Source: Sphagnum compactum (taxonomy: Eukaryota). From it: DNA of 64,000 nt. The translations under genes were made by a program, and so were the position numbers. The stretch is taken from positions 7,564,001 to 7,628,000 of the forward strand of contig OZ234494.1 of assembly GCA_965153455.1 (NCBI GenBank), read 5' to 3'. Below the pieces are notes generated by a model, which ran no database searches, was not told the origin of the DNA, and was given only the letters and a program-made list of their open reading frames with translations. Position 1 is the first letter of the stretch. Each line of letters begins with the position of its first letter. Below are positions 49,235-62,360 of this stretch, in pieces.

Positions 49235-52200
49235 GTCTACATCCACAGCGGTAAGAACTCCTGTACCCACAATTTTGCAATCAAATTGTGTGGCATTGTC
49301 ATTTAGGCGCTAAGTTTGTTCAGGGTAGTGACGGGAGACACTCTAACAACTGAAAATTAAGCTCCAAACATTTTGGCCAGAAACATTCTCTAGAATATTT
49401 TCCCTTCATTTCAATTGATATTGTTGTGACCTGAAACTATCATCCAAAATTTTTAATGTATTGTAATTTCTGAGCCTTTTGGTTCAAATCTTCAGAGAAC
49501 GAGAAAATATCACTCTTGCCAACAGCAGCTTACTGACAACCTCTTCCTTTTTACACCCTAGGTAGCTCCTCCCATATTAGGTCTGTATATGGTCCCAACT
49601 CCCAACACCAAGCCTTTGAGTGGGTTGGCCATCGATCCTAGAATGTCTTATATCTCAAGGTGATCAACTTCATATACAGAGACGAACATCTAAATAAGAT
49701 ATATTGCCATTAATGTATCAACAAAAATTAGCCCAGAAATCAAATCCTTACAATAAAAAAATACAAGCCCACAAGTTCCATCATTCACAACAAGAAAAGG
49801 TTCTTAGCCAAGTCAACAAACAGGTTCCTTGTTTCAGGGCACGGTGGGTAGCTGGAATGCTATTAAATGGATCCATGGGCACATCATGTGCTTACCTTTA
49901 AGGATGTCCCCCAATCAAGGCATGCCCATACACCAAAGATGGCAAATGAATGGGCAATCCAACTTCATAAAATTTGAACAACACCATGAGAAGACCTTAA
50001 CAAAACTCCTCATGATGATGAAACACTCTTGTCTTCAACCACATGAAATATGTCCATACTTTTGCTTCAAAAAAGAACTATATGAGCAAAAGATAACTAG
50101 GTGGTATATGAAAAGGGAAACTATGATTTTATTTAGTGTAAATCATTCCAAGAATGTTAGAGAATACACAGTAACTAGACCTGAGAGTCTATATAAGATA
50201 ATGAGATGTAGTTTTAACCTTCTTATTTTGCAACACATGTCACATTTGGTATTTGAACATGGGTTATCACAAACTATAATCAACATATTTATGATCTATG
50301 TCTCCTACAATTGGGTGCATAAATGTGAAAACAAAAATCACATATGAATATGTAGCAATCGGAATGGGATGAATGCATGATTTTACAAACTTAAATTGCA
50401 AAAATCTGGAATTTTGGAATTTTATCATTTGCAAACCTTGAAAACATTGCCATAAAAATTTATGAACAAAACCTATGAATATACTAGTTTTAAAATTGGA
50501 ATTGAAACAAATTGAATTAAAGATGAATTGTGTAGATGAAAATTAAAATGTAATTAAAACTTACACTTCAAATTAGATTTATATGATTTCTTTATTCTAA
50601 AACATTTCAAGCATCATACATTATGGTTACAATTTGTATTTCATGTTTATTCATTATCAAATATATAATCAATGCAATTTGAATGAATTTTACGTAGTAA
50701 AAGTTATTTGATGATTTTGTATTTATTTACACTTGGATTTTTTTGTAATTTCATGCATTGATCATAATGATAATATATTATGTACATGAGATATATTTTG
50801 ATAATTTACAGCCCAAGTTCTATAAGCAATGATTCAAAACATGTTCCATCAAATCTAATTTTATATTTGAGTATGTTCATGCTAAAAGGAGACAAATGCA
50901 CCCACTTGACTGAGTCCTTACAAAGAGTGAGTAGTTTTATTAAAAGCGATGTGTTCAAATATGATTGATCATTCAAGGAGAATACTTTTTAAATCAAAAT
51001 GTAAATGTTAACATTTAAAAAATTAAAATGTCATGACCCAAAAAAATTTGACATTATATTCTTAATATGTAAAATTATATATTAAAAAATTCTCATGAAT
51101 ACGTCATTGAAAAAAAAAATGAATATTTTCAAAAACAATCATAAAATAATGAAAGCATGCATTACATTATTTCACTACACCAAAACATGATTTTATGATT
51201 ACATTCAGAAGCCTACATAATCAAATAGGACTCATTTTTTATGCCATTCTAATATAAGTGACTACAAAATTAACATAAACAAAAAATTTAATTTTACTAC
51301 AATCACATTTTGATATAGTGTTTTAAGTGTGTTTTTGGGTATTCCATACTCATAAGATTCATTTCAAACCTTTCAAAAAAGAAAAATATCATCATGCATG
51401 TTGATCCAAAAAATTCAACATCAATTTAATTTACAAGTTGAAACAATGAAAACATAACCACTTTGTTGCACATGAAGTGACTCCTTATAGAAAGAATGCA
51501 CCCATTTTGGGTATTTTGACCACAAAATCTAAACCATCATGCAATAACCCATAACTTTTTCATGACATATTTTCATCATCAATATGTGGTTGTTAAAACG
51601 AGTGAAAATTATTTGTTGTCTTGGGCAAACCACTATATATACATAACATATAACCAACCAAAAGAATTAGGTTATGTTATATTTCAATTGAAGAAAATTA
51701 TGCAATCCTAGCCTTCAATTTGCATTGAATTCAAGTTGATATTATTGCTACAATGGATATAACACATCAAATTAGTGTCAAATCATGTTTGACAAGCAAG
51801 TTCCCAACAAAGTACAAGCATGGCAAAGAAGACATTTCATTCAAGTCCTTTCAAATCATCAATAATGCTCCAAAATGTAAATGAAAAGTAGATTTGTCAA
51901 AACTTTTAATACTAGATGCTTCATTTCTAGGAAACAAAAATTCATGATTTGATAAAAAAATCCTTTTAAATTACAAGGACCTCCAACATGGTCTCATAGT
52001 AACAAAGCTTTTTTTATTTCTCCAATTGCACTTAATGAACAAATAACAAATGTATATACTTCAAACTAACTTCATACTCCTAAAAAGACCTAACATTACA
52101 TATGCCCATTGTTGTGTCTGCAATTAAAGTTGATTCACACTTGGTGTTAAATCAACGGTAAGTCAATGTTAAGCTTTCTTGATTATTATGTACATTCACA

Positions 52201-52680
52201 TATGAATTGTTAGCTAACATTGTCAATGACATGGCATCCTAAGTGGCAAGTGGTGATATCTTGATGTTAGACATTGGTGATAGCCAACATTCAATCTAAC
52301 TTAGATTTTAGACATTTTTTTCAACTTTAGATAACAAGGCCAAAAATGATCATTTAACTCAATGTTAGCTAGCACATATAAGATGGGGGCGGGAGGTCTA
52401 GATCCCACCTCCTTCACACTTACCACCCACCTGGAGCAAAAGATAAGACAACAAGACTGCTACGTACCTTTAAGGTACCTCTGGTGTGAATGCCCTATTA
52501 TGTTAGGGTAGTGAAACAGGTTGTGGCATCTTAAGTGTAAATGCACAACTTTTTTTGGTGGCTGAAGTTTCATCATTACTAACATTATGTGCTAAAATCT
52601 AAAAAAATGTGACAACTATGCTAATGGTAGCCTGTTTTAACAGAAACACCCTCACACCAGGTGTGAATCTTGCTTTAGTA

Positions 52681-52903
52681 CAAGAATACAGCTACAAATT
52701 TTTCCCCTCAGTCTGCCCTCAGCCCTGTTTTTTTCACTTGTCATGTTTTGCACCCGTAACCTCCCATGTTATGAGTACCAAGGGGCACGTAACATGCCCA
52801 AAACATGTATGACACAGACCCAAAACATGTCTCAAAATGCCAAGGTAAAAAGAAATGTGGTAAAGGGCAGACTGGGGGAAAAAGAACTGCAGCAATACTC
52901 TTG
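52681..52903. mobile_element. Tc1/mariner-type (Stowaway-like) MITE, 223 bp
   Basis: ~40-bp imperfect TIR CAAGAATACAGCTAC...TTTTTCCCCTCAGTCTGCCCT versus AGGGCAGACTGGGGGAAAAAG...GCAATACTCTTG; TA on both flanks. Confidence 0.75.
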
Positions 52904-55019
52904 TACTGATGCATTAACAAGTATGGGCATATGTAATCTTAGGGCCTAAAATAGTGTTTGCATCACTACAAGAGGTTGTATGTGCATCCCATATGTATGT
53001 AGGTCTCCATTTTGTTTTTCCTTACTATAAGGTTTCATGGACAGACATGTGGTCTACTCTTTAGAATTGAACAACAGTTGAGGCAAACTGAATTACTTTA
53101 GAAATGCTCCATAAAATCATAAATATTTACTTTCACAATAATGAAGGATGTATGTATTAAATGATTTACTTTTTGCTTCAATGAATTGACTTTTGGTGTA
53201 TAATATTATCCGAAGACCCAAATATCTGCACTACGGTGACCATTCTACTTCTTCTGTAGATACTTTACCATGCTTCGACTAAATGGTGTGCAAAAATGGT
53301 TAACATCAAATCAATGATCATGTCCCATGGGACAAAGATTAAAATAGTCAAAAGCATCCTCCCTTTGAAAGTTGTATCAAGGTTGAAACCAGATTGTGTT
53401 CAATTTGTCAAAGGTTGTTTGGACTTGGAACACAGAAGTTAAGGATTGGATTCTTTAAAAACCTTTCACAATGTTCTTCAATGTAAGATCACTTTTGCCC
53501 CCTTGTTGTGGTAATTTATATTATTATTTGTTCAATGATATGGTTGGATGAATCCAACAAATGCCCAAAAATATTTGGCTTCAAAATGAAGGAGTTGTGC
53601 CATCCACAAAGGTCGATATAAAATTAAAAACATGAACCAGATTTCCAATCAATGTTTATTGAATCTAATGGAAGATGGGTGCAAACCAAAAAAAGAAATA
53701 TGTAGATCTTGTGTGCACATGTCGTATCATCATTATGATAAAATAGGCAAATGTTTAAGAATGGTCCATGAGCTTCAATTTTCAACACAAGAATGACTAT
53801 TATATTGCTAACTTTAGACACATGATTTGACATTGACATGTGTTGGGGCCAAAGCGTTACCTCTTCCCTTCTATACTTCAACACGAGTATATTATCATTT
53901 GGTTAAGAAAAAGGGAGATCTGTATGCAAAACCCATACTTCAACCATATTTTTACATGGTTGAAGTATTTGAACCAAGGCACTCCAACTGGTTTCATGGC
54001 ATAGTGAGCACCTCAAGCCACTAACTTGTGATTAATGAATTATGTCACAAATTACATCCAAAAACCAATCCCAATTAGTTCATCAAACCAAAGTTTCTTT
54101 TTTTTTTTAATTTATTGATATCAAAATTTTGAGAAAATTCAACAAAAGTTTAAAAAACTGGTTGAATTTACATTAGAAGAAAACATCCAATTTTTTCCCA
54201 ATTTTTTGTCAAAAAATGGAAAAGCATTGCTAGAGAAAATTCATTGCATCAAACATACATGTATTTTAAAAGTAACACAAAAAAATTTTAAAATAAAAAT
54301 ATTTCATGTAGTTTAAATAAACCTTCACAGATGACATTAATATATGTTGAACACCCATTTTCATTCATATGCATATATATAAAGGCTAATGCTCAAATGT
54401 CCTTTCAATAATGCCATAGTGGGCGATATGGAAACTTTATTAAGTTAGCTCCTCAATTAAACACAACTTTAAGAGATATTTGCCTCATTTTTTTCAATGT
54501 ATTATCCACAAGTCTAAGGTACAACCTTACATTATAACCATGTTCAATTTATTTCATATTTAAACTTTTTCATCTTATTCAAATAATTTTTCTTGAGATA
54601 TTTTCATGTATATTTCACATCCTTGTCCCACATCATCAAGTTTTGTGTGAAGTTGGATTTAAGTTTAAGGTAAAAATGCAATCTTAGGAGATAATTACAA
54701 CATTAATCCAAGGATGGCAAGGTGCTTTTGTCCAAAAATCAAATTTCATAAAATAGATTTGTGGAATCATTATTAAGAAATAACTTGTTATGAAATACTG
54801 AGTGGTCATTAACTAATTCAAAGGTATGTTTTAAAACTAAATTTGTAGAATCAAATACCCATTTATTACTCAAAAAATATTATTCAAAAATCTAAATCAA
54901 ACCACCCCATCACTTTGTAAAACAATATGATTTCAAATGGACTTAACATGTATCTTTAAACTTCCATGAAATTTTTTGTCAATGTGTATACCAGCATTTG
55001 AACTTTAATTTTTTTCATA

Positions 55020-55445
55020 AGTAGGATTAGTATGTATCTAACTAGGTAGATAGGTAGGTACACATGCTTACCTACCTATGTTTTTAAATGTTCATACCTA
55101 CTTATGTAAACTATAAGTAAATCAAAAAATTGTCTTCATATGTAGGTAGATAATAGGTAGGTAGATAGATAGATAAATAGAATATAAGTAGGTAGGTAGG
55201 TAAATAAATAGGTAACTTAATAGTAAATAATTAGGACATAGGTAGGTAGATGGTAAGTAAGTAGGTAGGTAGTCGGTAGTGGGACATAGGTAGGTACGTA
55301 TGTAGGACATAATAGATAGATGGTGGATAAATAGGCAGGTAAGTAAGTTAATAGGACATAGGTATATAAATGGTAGGTAGGTCGATAGGACATAGATGTT
55401 AGGTAGGTAGGTCAGTAGGACATAAGTAGGTAGATGGTAGGTAAA
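55020..55445 (+). repeat. Degenerate (TAGG)n/(TAGA)n microsatellite with GGACATAGG subunits
   Basis: Direct reading of the sequence; explains the spurious low-complexity ORF 55122-55586. Confidence 0.85.
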
Positions 55446-58106
55446 AATTCCCTTAAAAACAATTTTTTTTTTTTGTTTAAAGAAAGGCAAGGTTACATTT
55501 TCATATAAAATTATACATAATTTTAGGTTAGTTGCAAATTTGGGGTATACACTACATGGGCGAAATTTGAATATAATGATTAACATTATAAATGCATTGA
55601 ACCTAATGTAGAATGAAGATTGAAGGTCTAAGGTAGAAATTTAACTATTTAGTCAAAAATCAAGTGAAAGAAACCCAATACCCTTTCTAGAATCTTAGTA
55701 ACTAGACTTGGATTCAATATTGTTTTACAATATTGGATTGGATGTGGATGAAATCATAAGATCATTTAATTAGAAGTTAAAGTTAATCTAGTGTATGTCC
55801 TGAATCCCCGTTGCTCCCATTTGTAAACTTTTCATTTCGCTTCAAGGTTGAAACAACAATGTGGCATTAATTTTTTTTAGTTCATCACTTTGTGAGCCTT
55901 GTGCTAAAGATTTGATGAATTGTCGCCATTCTTCTGGTTCACAAAGTTTGCATTGAAACTCCATTGTGCCTGCAAAAGTTTTTGGCGCCTACTGTTCAAG
56001 TATGGATGTGCTTGAGCCTGCCTTCGAGCTTCGGTTGCCATTGCCTTCCACCTGCCAAGATGGTTGTCACAAACGATTCAAATTGGACTTGAGAAGTTAC
56101 TACAACAAGTTCACAACTTTGTGTCAATTTTCGTTTATAAATTTGTTGTGTAAAGATGACAAAGATTACGTGAAGGGAAGTTTTTTTGGGCGCAATCATA
56201 GATTGTCAAATCATGCATGTTTAGACCAAGTTGCAATTGTGAAGTGAATAGGTGCAGAGACAATGAAGGTATGAGTAGATCTTGATCTCAGTAATCTTCA
56301 AGCCTTTGTATTAACCTCTCAATTTTTATTTTTTTTATGTTGCATTTACATCTGGTTTTAAAGCACACTTATTTGCATCAATTGAACTCAGATCTTAATC
56401 ATTAGGTTTTCATTTTTGCAAGTAACCTAAATAGTTGGTGATTGTTAGCGAAAAAGAAGTAGGATTGTTGTGGCAAATATTCAAATTCAAACCTAGAAAA
56501 TTGGGTCTTGATTTAGGAAATTATGTGCTGTTGGAACTAAAGCAAGACTCGTAGCTTCAACCAGAGGCATAAAAGAAGGAAAAGCTACCTCCATAAATAG
56601 ACATGATTTAGCTTGCACCAAATGTGAAAAAACTTGGATTTTTTTTCACAAAATTCGAGGTAGAGTAGTAGGTGCAACTCTTGATGCATGTGTTGAGTGT
56701 TAAGAACACACAACCACTAGTGATCTTTGCACCTATTTCTATAAAACAACTGTCAAAACAATTGTTTTCTCCAATAAGAGCGGTTGGGGATAACAAGCAT
56801 AGGAGTTTTCCCACTTTGATGTTTCATTCATGCTTACACCTTTTTTTGGAGACCAAGGGGCTCAACAACAACAAGAAGCAGTGTTTTGTTGGAGTTTAAC
56901 CTAGTGTGAAAGTTTTGGTGTGACTGTAGGCAAGAGTGAAAGGTGTGGGTGCTTTCCATCCTGGTGTAGAAATAACAATAACTAGTTCTAATGATCATTA
57001 TTTGGGTTGTTTCCCACATCTCCAAAGTATATAACTAGATTTAAGTGTATTCCTTTTGTTTGTGTAGGTGACATGTTCCTCAATGGCATTTGTCTTCAAT
57101 GGTTATGAATTCAAAGACATGTGCACTAGTTCAGGGTTTAGGAGTGTTAAAAGATGGTAAACATGTTTGTGAATGAAGATCTAGAATATTCTAATATAAC
57201 TTGTAACTACAATTTGTTGATATCTTTGTAGGTCTAATTTGATTAATATCCAGATGCAACTATGGGAATGTTGGAGATGTGGTCACACAACTCACACATA
57301 CCTACATGTCATGGTAGTTCAAACAATGGAAATGCTTTGAAGTATATAACACAAAGTGAAGGTATGCAAGCACATTCTATTACTTTATATTGTTGTGACT
57401 TTTGTGATTACTGTTTAGGATTATTATATGCATGTACATAATAAGGAAGAACTTGAATACTGCTTGTTGTAATTGCTTGTCCACTACCCGCGACCTAGTT
57501 ATTTGCTATAGAATTACAAATTCTCTACCATCGTCATGGAATTCATTTGAACATGGGTGTATGAGTTAGCTTTTGATGTAATGTTCTTTGTTAAGGATCA
57601 AAATAGGAATGCCACACACGGTACAACCCCCACAAACTCTAATTTGTTAGAACTAAGGTTTCATTTATTGTAGGTCATGGAATACCCACCAATTTTTTGA
57701 TTTCTTCCTAATATTCTACAAGACTAAAATGGCAATAATCAATTTTCATTCCATGAACATTCTTGTTTTCACCTACTTGATGTCATAATTGTTTCTAATT
57801 ACAGATGTTCAAAAGGAGGTGAAAAATGGCCCTTGTACTAGATGTGGCTTTAAACAAGGTTTATGCTGCTGACCCTCCCTAAGGACTACAACATGAATCT
57901 ACCTAAGTCAGTGAGGATAAGGTTCCAATGGAAGAAAATGAAATAGCTTTAGATTGATGTGCTTAGCAGCATTCAGGTATGGTTTTCTTCACCTCTCTTA
58001 TATACAATCCTAGCTATCCATCCAGTAATGAATGAAAGCATGAGGTTTTAAACAATAAAGAATTTAGACTACCACTATTGTACCACCTTTTTTGGATGGG
58101 AAACTA

Positions 58107-58985
58107 TAGAAAATGCTTGGCAGCTGCTAGGCGTTTTCTGGATTTGAAATCCTAGAAAGCGCTTGGTGGTCGCTAGGCGTTTTCTAGATCAAAATTGATA
58201 GAAAGTGCCTGGTAGTTGCTTGGCATTTTCTGGATGAGAAATCCTAGAAAACGCCTAGTGGCCACTAGGTGTTTTTTGGATCAAAAAGGGTAAAAAATGC
58301 TTAGCAGCCACCATGCGTTTTTAAAATAAAAAATGGTAGAAACCACTAGGCATTTTTTGGATGGGAAATAATAGAAAACGCCTAGCGGCTGCCAGGGGAT
58401 TTCTGGACTGAAATTTCTAAAAAATGTCTGGTAGTCGCCAAATGTTTTCTAGATGGAAAATGCTAAAAAATGCCTGACAATTGCTAAGCATTTTTTGGAT
58501 CCAAAATGCTAGAAAACACCTAGCGGTTGCTAGACATTTTTTAAACCAAAAATGCTAGAAAAATGCATGGTTGCTGCCAGGTGTTTTTTGAATCAGAAAT
58601 GGTGGCCACCGAGAGTTTTTGGGATCGAAAATGGTAGAAAACACTTGGTGGCCACTAAGAGTTTTCTGGATCTGCAATTTTAGAAAAGGCCTTGATGCAA
58701 CAAGGCGTTTTTTAGATCAAAAATCATAGAAAACGACTACCAAGTGTTCTCTTGGTTATAAATCGTAGAAAATGCCTAACATCCATCAGGTGTTTTTTGG
58801 ATTGAAAATCATAGAAAACACATGGTGGCCACCAAATGCTTTATGGATCAAAGAAAAGTGAGAATTGAAAAGAACGTTTCTACACAGTTAGCTTGGACAT
58901 AAAAATGCCTAACGGCTACATGGCATTTCGACGCATTGGTATTGGGTGTAGAAACACATGGTGACCACCAAGTGTTTTTGTGCAA
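58107..58985. repeat. Tandem array of 46-bp units, each with a ~32-bp palindrome
   Basis: Unit starts at 58107, 58153, 58199 and 58245 (period 46); about 19 degenerate copies. My reconstructed consensus is TAGAAAACGCCTRGCGGCCGCYAGGCGTTTTCTGGATCAAAAATCC. Confidence 0.9.
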
Positions 58986-59150
58986 TAATGATAGCTTGTA
59001 ATGGGCAAGTTACAAAACACATGTTATGGCTAGAACTCTAATCCTTGATTTAATGTCGCATTCCATTTATTCTTGGTTGAACAAGATATGGATGAAGGAT
59101 TCATATTTGGTAGTTCTATTAATATTTGAGACACAGATGAGAATGAAAGG

Positions 59151-62100
59151 GTGAAGATTGGTATTGGAATGTGTAGAAATTTGTCAATTGTTTTTATATA
59201 TGGACCATGTGGAGTGGAGAATTGCATAGTGGTTTTAATTGAAGTTATGAATGAGGATTGTGAACAACGAAAGCTATTCTATCTAGTTCCAAGTGTGAAA
59301 TATTGTAGATCAACAATGAGAATAGAGGTTTTTTGGCTTTGCAAATATCTATCAATGTATAATGAAGAGGTTGTGATGGTGAGAGACCAATGTCACATGA
59401 TAGTGGATGGGGTGAATAATTTTTCGAAGAAACGAATTTCATGTAAGGATGATTCCCTATCAGAGAACTTTCAAGCTAAAAAGATCTATGATGTGGAGAA
59501 TATGGGTAATAGAGTTGAGGAGTTGTGTAATGAAAAATTACATAGTGAAATGATTTATATCTCTGAGGATGGTGTGGAAAGGTCCATTGGGGAGTATGGG
59601 TCTAATTCTATGAATGAGGAAGGAAATGAAAAGAATATTGTGGAAGGCGATGAGGAGGTCGGTAGTGAAGAAAATTTTGAACGAAATAAGAAGGATTATA
59701 ACCAAGGGAATGCATGCATGAATGATGTTGTAATGCATAGCCATGGTGTGAGAAGGAGAGATTCAAACATACTGGGAAGACGTTGGTCTAAATGGCGAAG
59801 AGCTGAATGTGATCTTGTGAATGATGCTGGGGTTTTCCTTGCAAAAGGTCATGTGGTTGCATGCGACCCACATGAAATAGTTCTTGATGATCGGCTTGGG
59901 GAGGACCATGTTGGGCTTTGCATCTTGTATTGTCTTACGACTGTGTCAGTAATGATGACCATTTGGAAAGGCTGCTAGCTAAGATAATTCTTGATGGGTA
60001 CCCCTTCATAGAGCATCTAATTTCATTTAATGAAACCCACATACTATATGTTGATGATATGGGAGTAGTTGGTGTAAAGAAAAAGAAATATTCCTTTCAT
60101 AAAAGGAAGCAAAGTGGACTGACTCTAGGGGTTCCATTTCTAGAATTGAGAAAGTGTTGTCAGAGGAGTCTATGCATAATGTGGGTGCGGCAAAATGTTG
60201 TGCCATGAATTGTTGTCAACATTTTCCTCGTGAAAGACCTTATTGTTGAGATAGGAGTTTTGGAGTTTGTCATTTGAAGACCATAGAACCTATGGTTTAG
60301 ATATTCCAATAAGGTTGCATATGAGGGGAGTTGGAAGTGGACGAAAATTTATCAGTATTCAAGGTTCAAACATCCTGTGAAACTGCTTGGTACTAGATAG
60401 TTAGTTTCTCCAAGTCAACATATATGTTGTACAAATCAGATAGCAAGTGAGGTTGTCGGTTTCTACCACTTGGGAATAAAAGTACACATAAATTACGTAT
60501 GTCAACCTGACAAGTGCAATCCAATGTTCAATCGTTGATTAATTTGTTTACAAATACAATGTTGCATCAAATGAAAGGGATTGGAAATGGTAGACAAGAT
60601 GTGTGACGTCTTTTGCTTAAAACATGGAAGAGTCTATAGGAACACGGTGATTAGGTAAATTATATGGAACAACCAGCACTTTTTGTTCCTATCTAATGAC
60701 AAACGCTTAGCGGCCACTGGGTGTTTCTTGTGAAAAATTATTTTTCAAAAAATTGAATGTATTTTGAATGTATATGTGAAGGTATACATCTATAATGGAG
60801 AGCCTATTATTTCTTTATTTTTTGGGTATTTGTGGGATGGTAGATAAGCAAGGAATTAAGCATTGGAGGTATTTTTCAATATATTATGAATAGGTTGAAG
60901 AGAAGACACCATTTGAATATCGATGTGCGAAAGTGGGGGTTTGTGTTTGTGAAATGCATTGTTTATGAATCCTTAAAGGACTTATATCCAAATTGGGAAA
61001 GAATAGCAATGAAGTTCTAGAATATGAAGCGAAATTAAGAAAACATTTCCTACACCAAGAATCGTATAGACACTTATACCATACTTGGAGGACAGAATTA
61101 GTGCGATCGAAAGATGAATTCTTATGCATTATTCATGACAAGATGGTCCATGCAAAGTGGAAACGTCTACTTTTTTGGTACACTTTATCTTGCTTTGACC
61201 CTTAAAGACAGTAAGAATCAACATTTGTTAATGTTTATATCATTATTGATGGCGAGGGATGTTTTTGAGGAGGTAAAATTGGGATTTTTTGTTGTTGTCC
61301 ATACACATGAGGATATAGATGGATGCTTTGGTTATTTGTCAAAAAAGTTGGAGGAAAATAATGACATCTTAGCAGATTTGATTTCACAAGAGAGATTGTT
61401 CATTTATTAATTGATTCAAGAGATTCTAAATTTCAAATCTTGGGTCCTAGGTTGTTTGTTGGTAGGGCATACTAATATGCATCTATTTAGATTTTTTGTT
61501 GATTCTTTAAGTTGGCTAGTGATTCAATACAAGGTTTCCCCCACAGATCTTGTGTGGAGTCTAATAGATGGCCATCCAATTAGATTATGGAAAACTAATC
61601 CAGACGATTCACCAAAGTTACCTATTGGAGTTCCAAGCCATGTTCTATACTACCCAATTTGGGGCAATGATACATCGAAATCAGTGGAAAAAGAAAAGTT
61701 CATAAGTTCTTGACTATCCAAATACGTGGATTTATAGAATGTGGGCATTGCGCAAAGTTCCACATATGAAATAGAGATGAAGCCATATGTGGAATACTAG
61801 GAAGATGTTTTGTTGCATTTGTCAAAACCGTTACTACCTCAAAGTACAAGTCTTCTGGAGGGTTTTTGGCTTTCAAGCAATTGGATGTTTAATTATGCTA
61901 GGGCTTCATTATCAACCATGATGAACATTGTTGATCCAAAAAATTCAATTCGAGTTCCATATTGTGGGCCAAAGAACATGAAACCTTTAACTACGTACAT
62001 GCCATTTAGATATCTTACTATTGGAGATTTTGTGCTCGTGAGATCGCATGATCTTGATCTTATTCTTCTTTGGATGGGAAAAGTGGAGGGTGATGTTATC

Positions 62101-62360
62101 AAGGATGAAGAGAATGAATATTTTAAAATGGTGAAGGTTTAATGGTGGGTTCCTGTGAAGAAAGGACCAAATTTAGATGGACGAAATATGTATGAAGATT
62201 GCTAGAATGGGAAGTGGAAATGTAATTTAGTAGATCTAGAACAATGGATTAACATTTTAACTATTCTTTTATTTTTTCTTGCTTGAAAGAATACAACAAA
62301 AAAAAGTCAAATTAATATTCCTTCTACTTATGCTAGTAGAGCTAAAGTTAATCTTGATGT
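59151..62360 (+). mobile_element. Degenerate Sola1-like / DUF7869-type DDD transposase gene
   Basis: Frame fragments KCCAMNCCQHFPRE..EFWSL, CETAWY.IVSFSKSTY, KLRKHFLHQE...FLCIIHDKM, KDSKNQHLL and KLGFFVVVHTHEDIDGCFGYLSKKL (GHTHEDID-type motif), plus C-terminal IGDFVLVR...LWMGKV...WWVP. Many stops, frameshifts and an apparent deletion. Confidence 0.7.

Noticed and set aside
49829-50347. 172-aa ORF
   Set aside because: No recognisable motif or splice context; lies in AT-rich TE debris.
55122-55586. 154-aa ORF
   Set aside because: Translation of the (CCTA)n microsatellite (YLPTYL repeats).
58107-58985. CRISPR array
   Set aside because: Linkers are only 12-14 bp and homologous to each other, the repeats are degenerate, there are no cas genes, and the context is eukaryotic.
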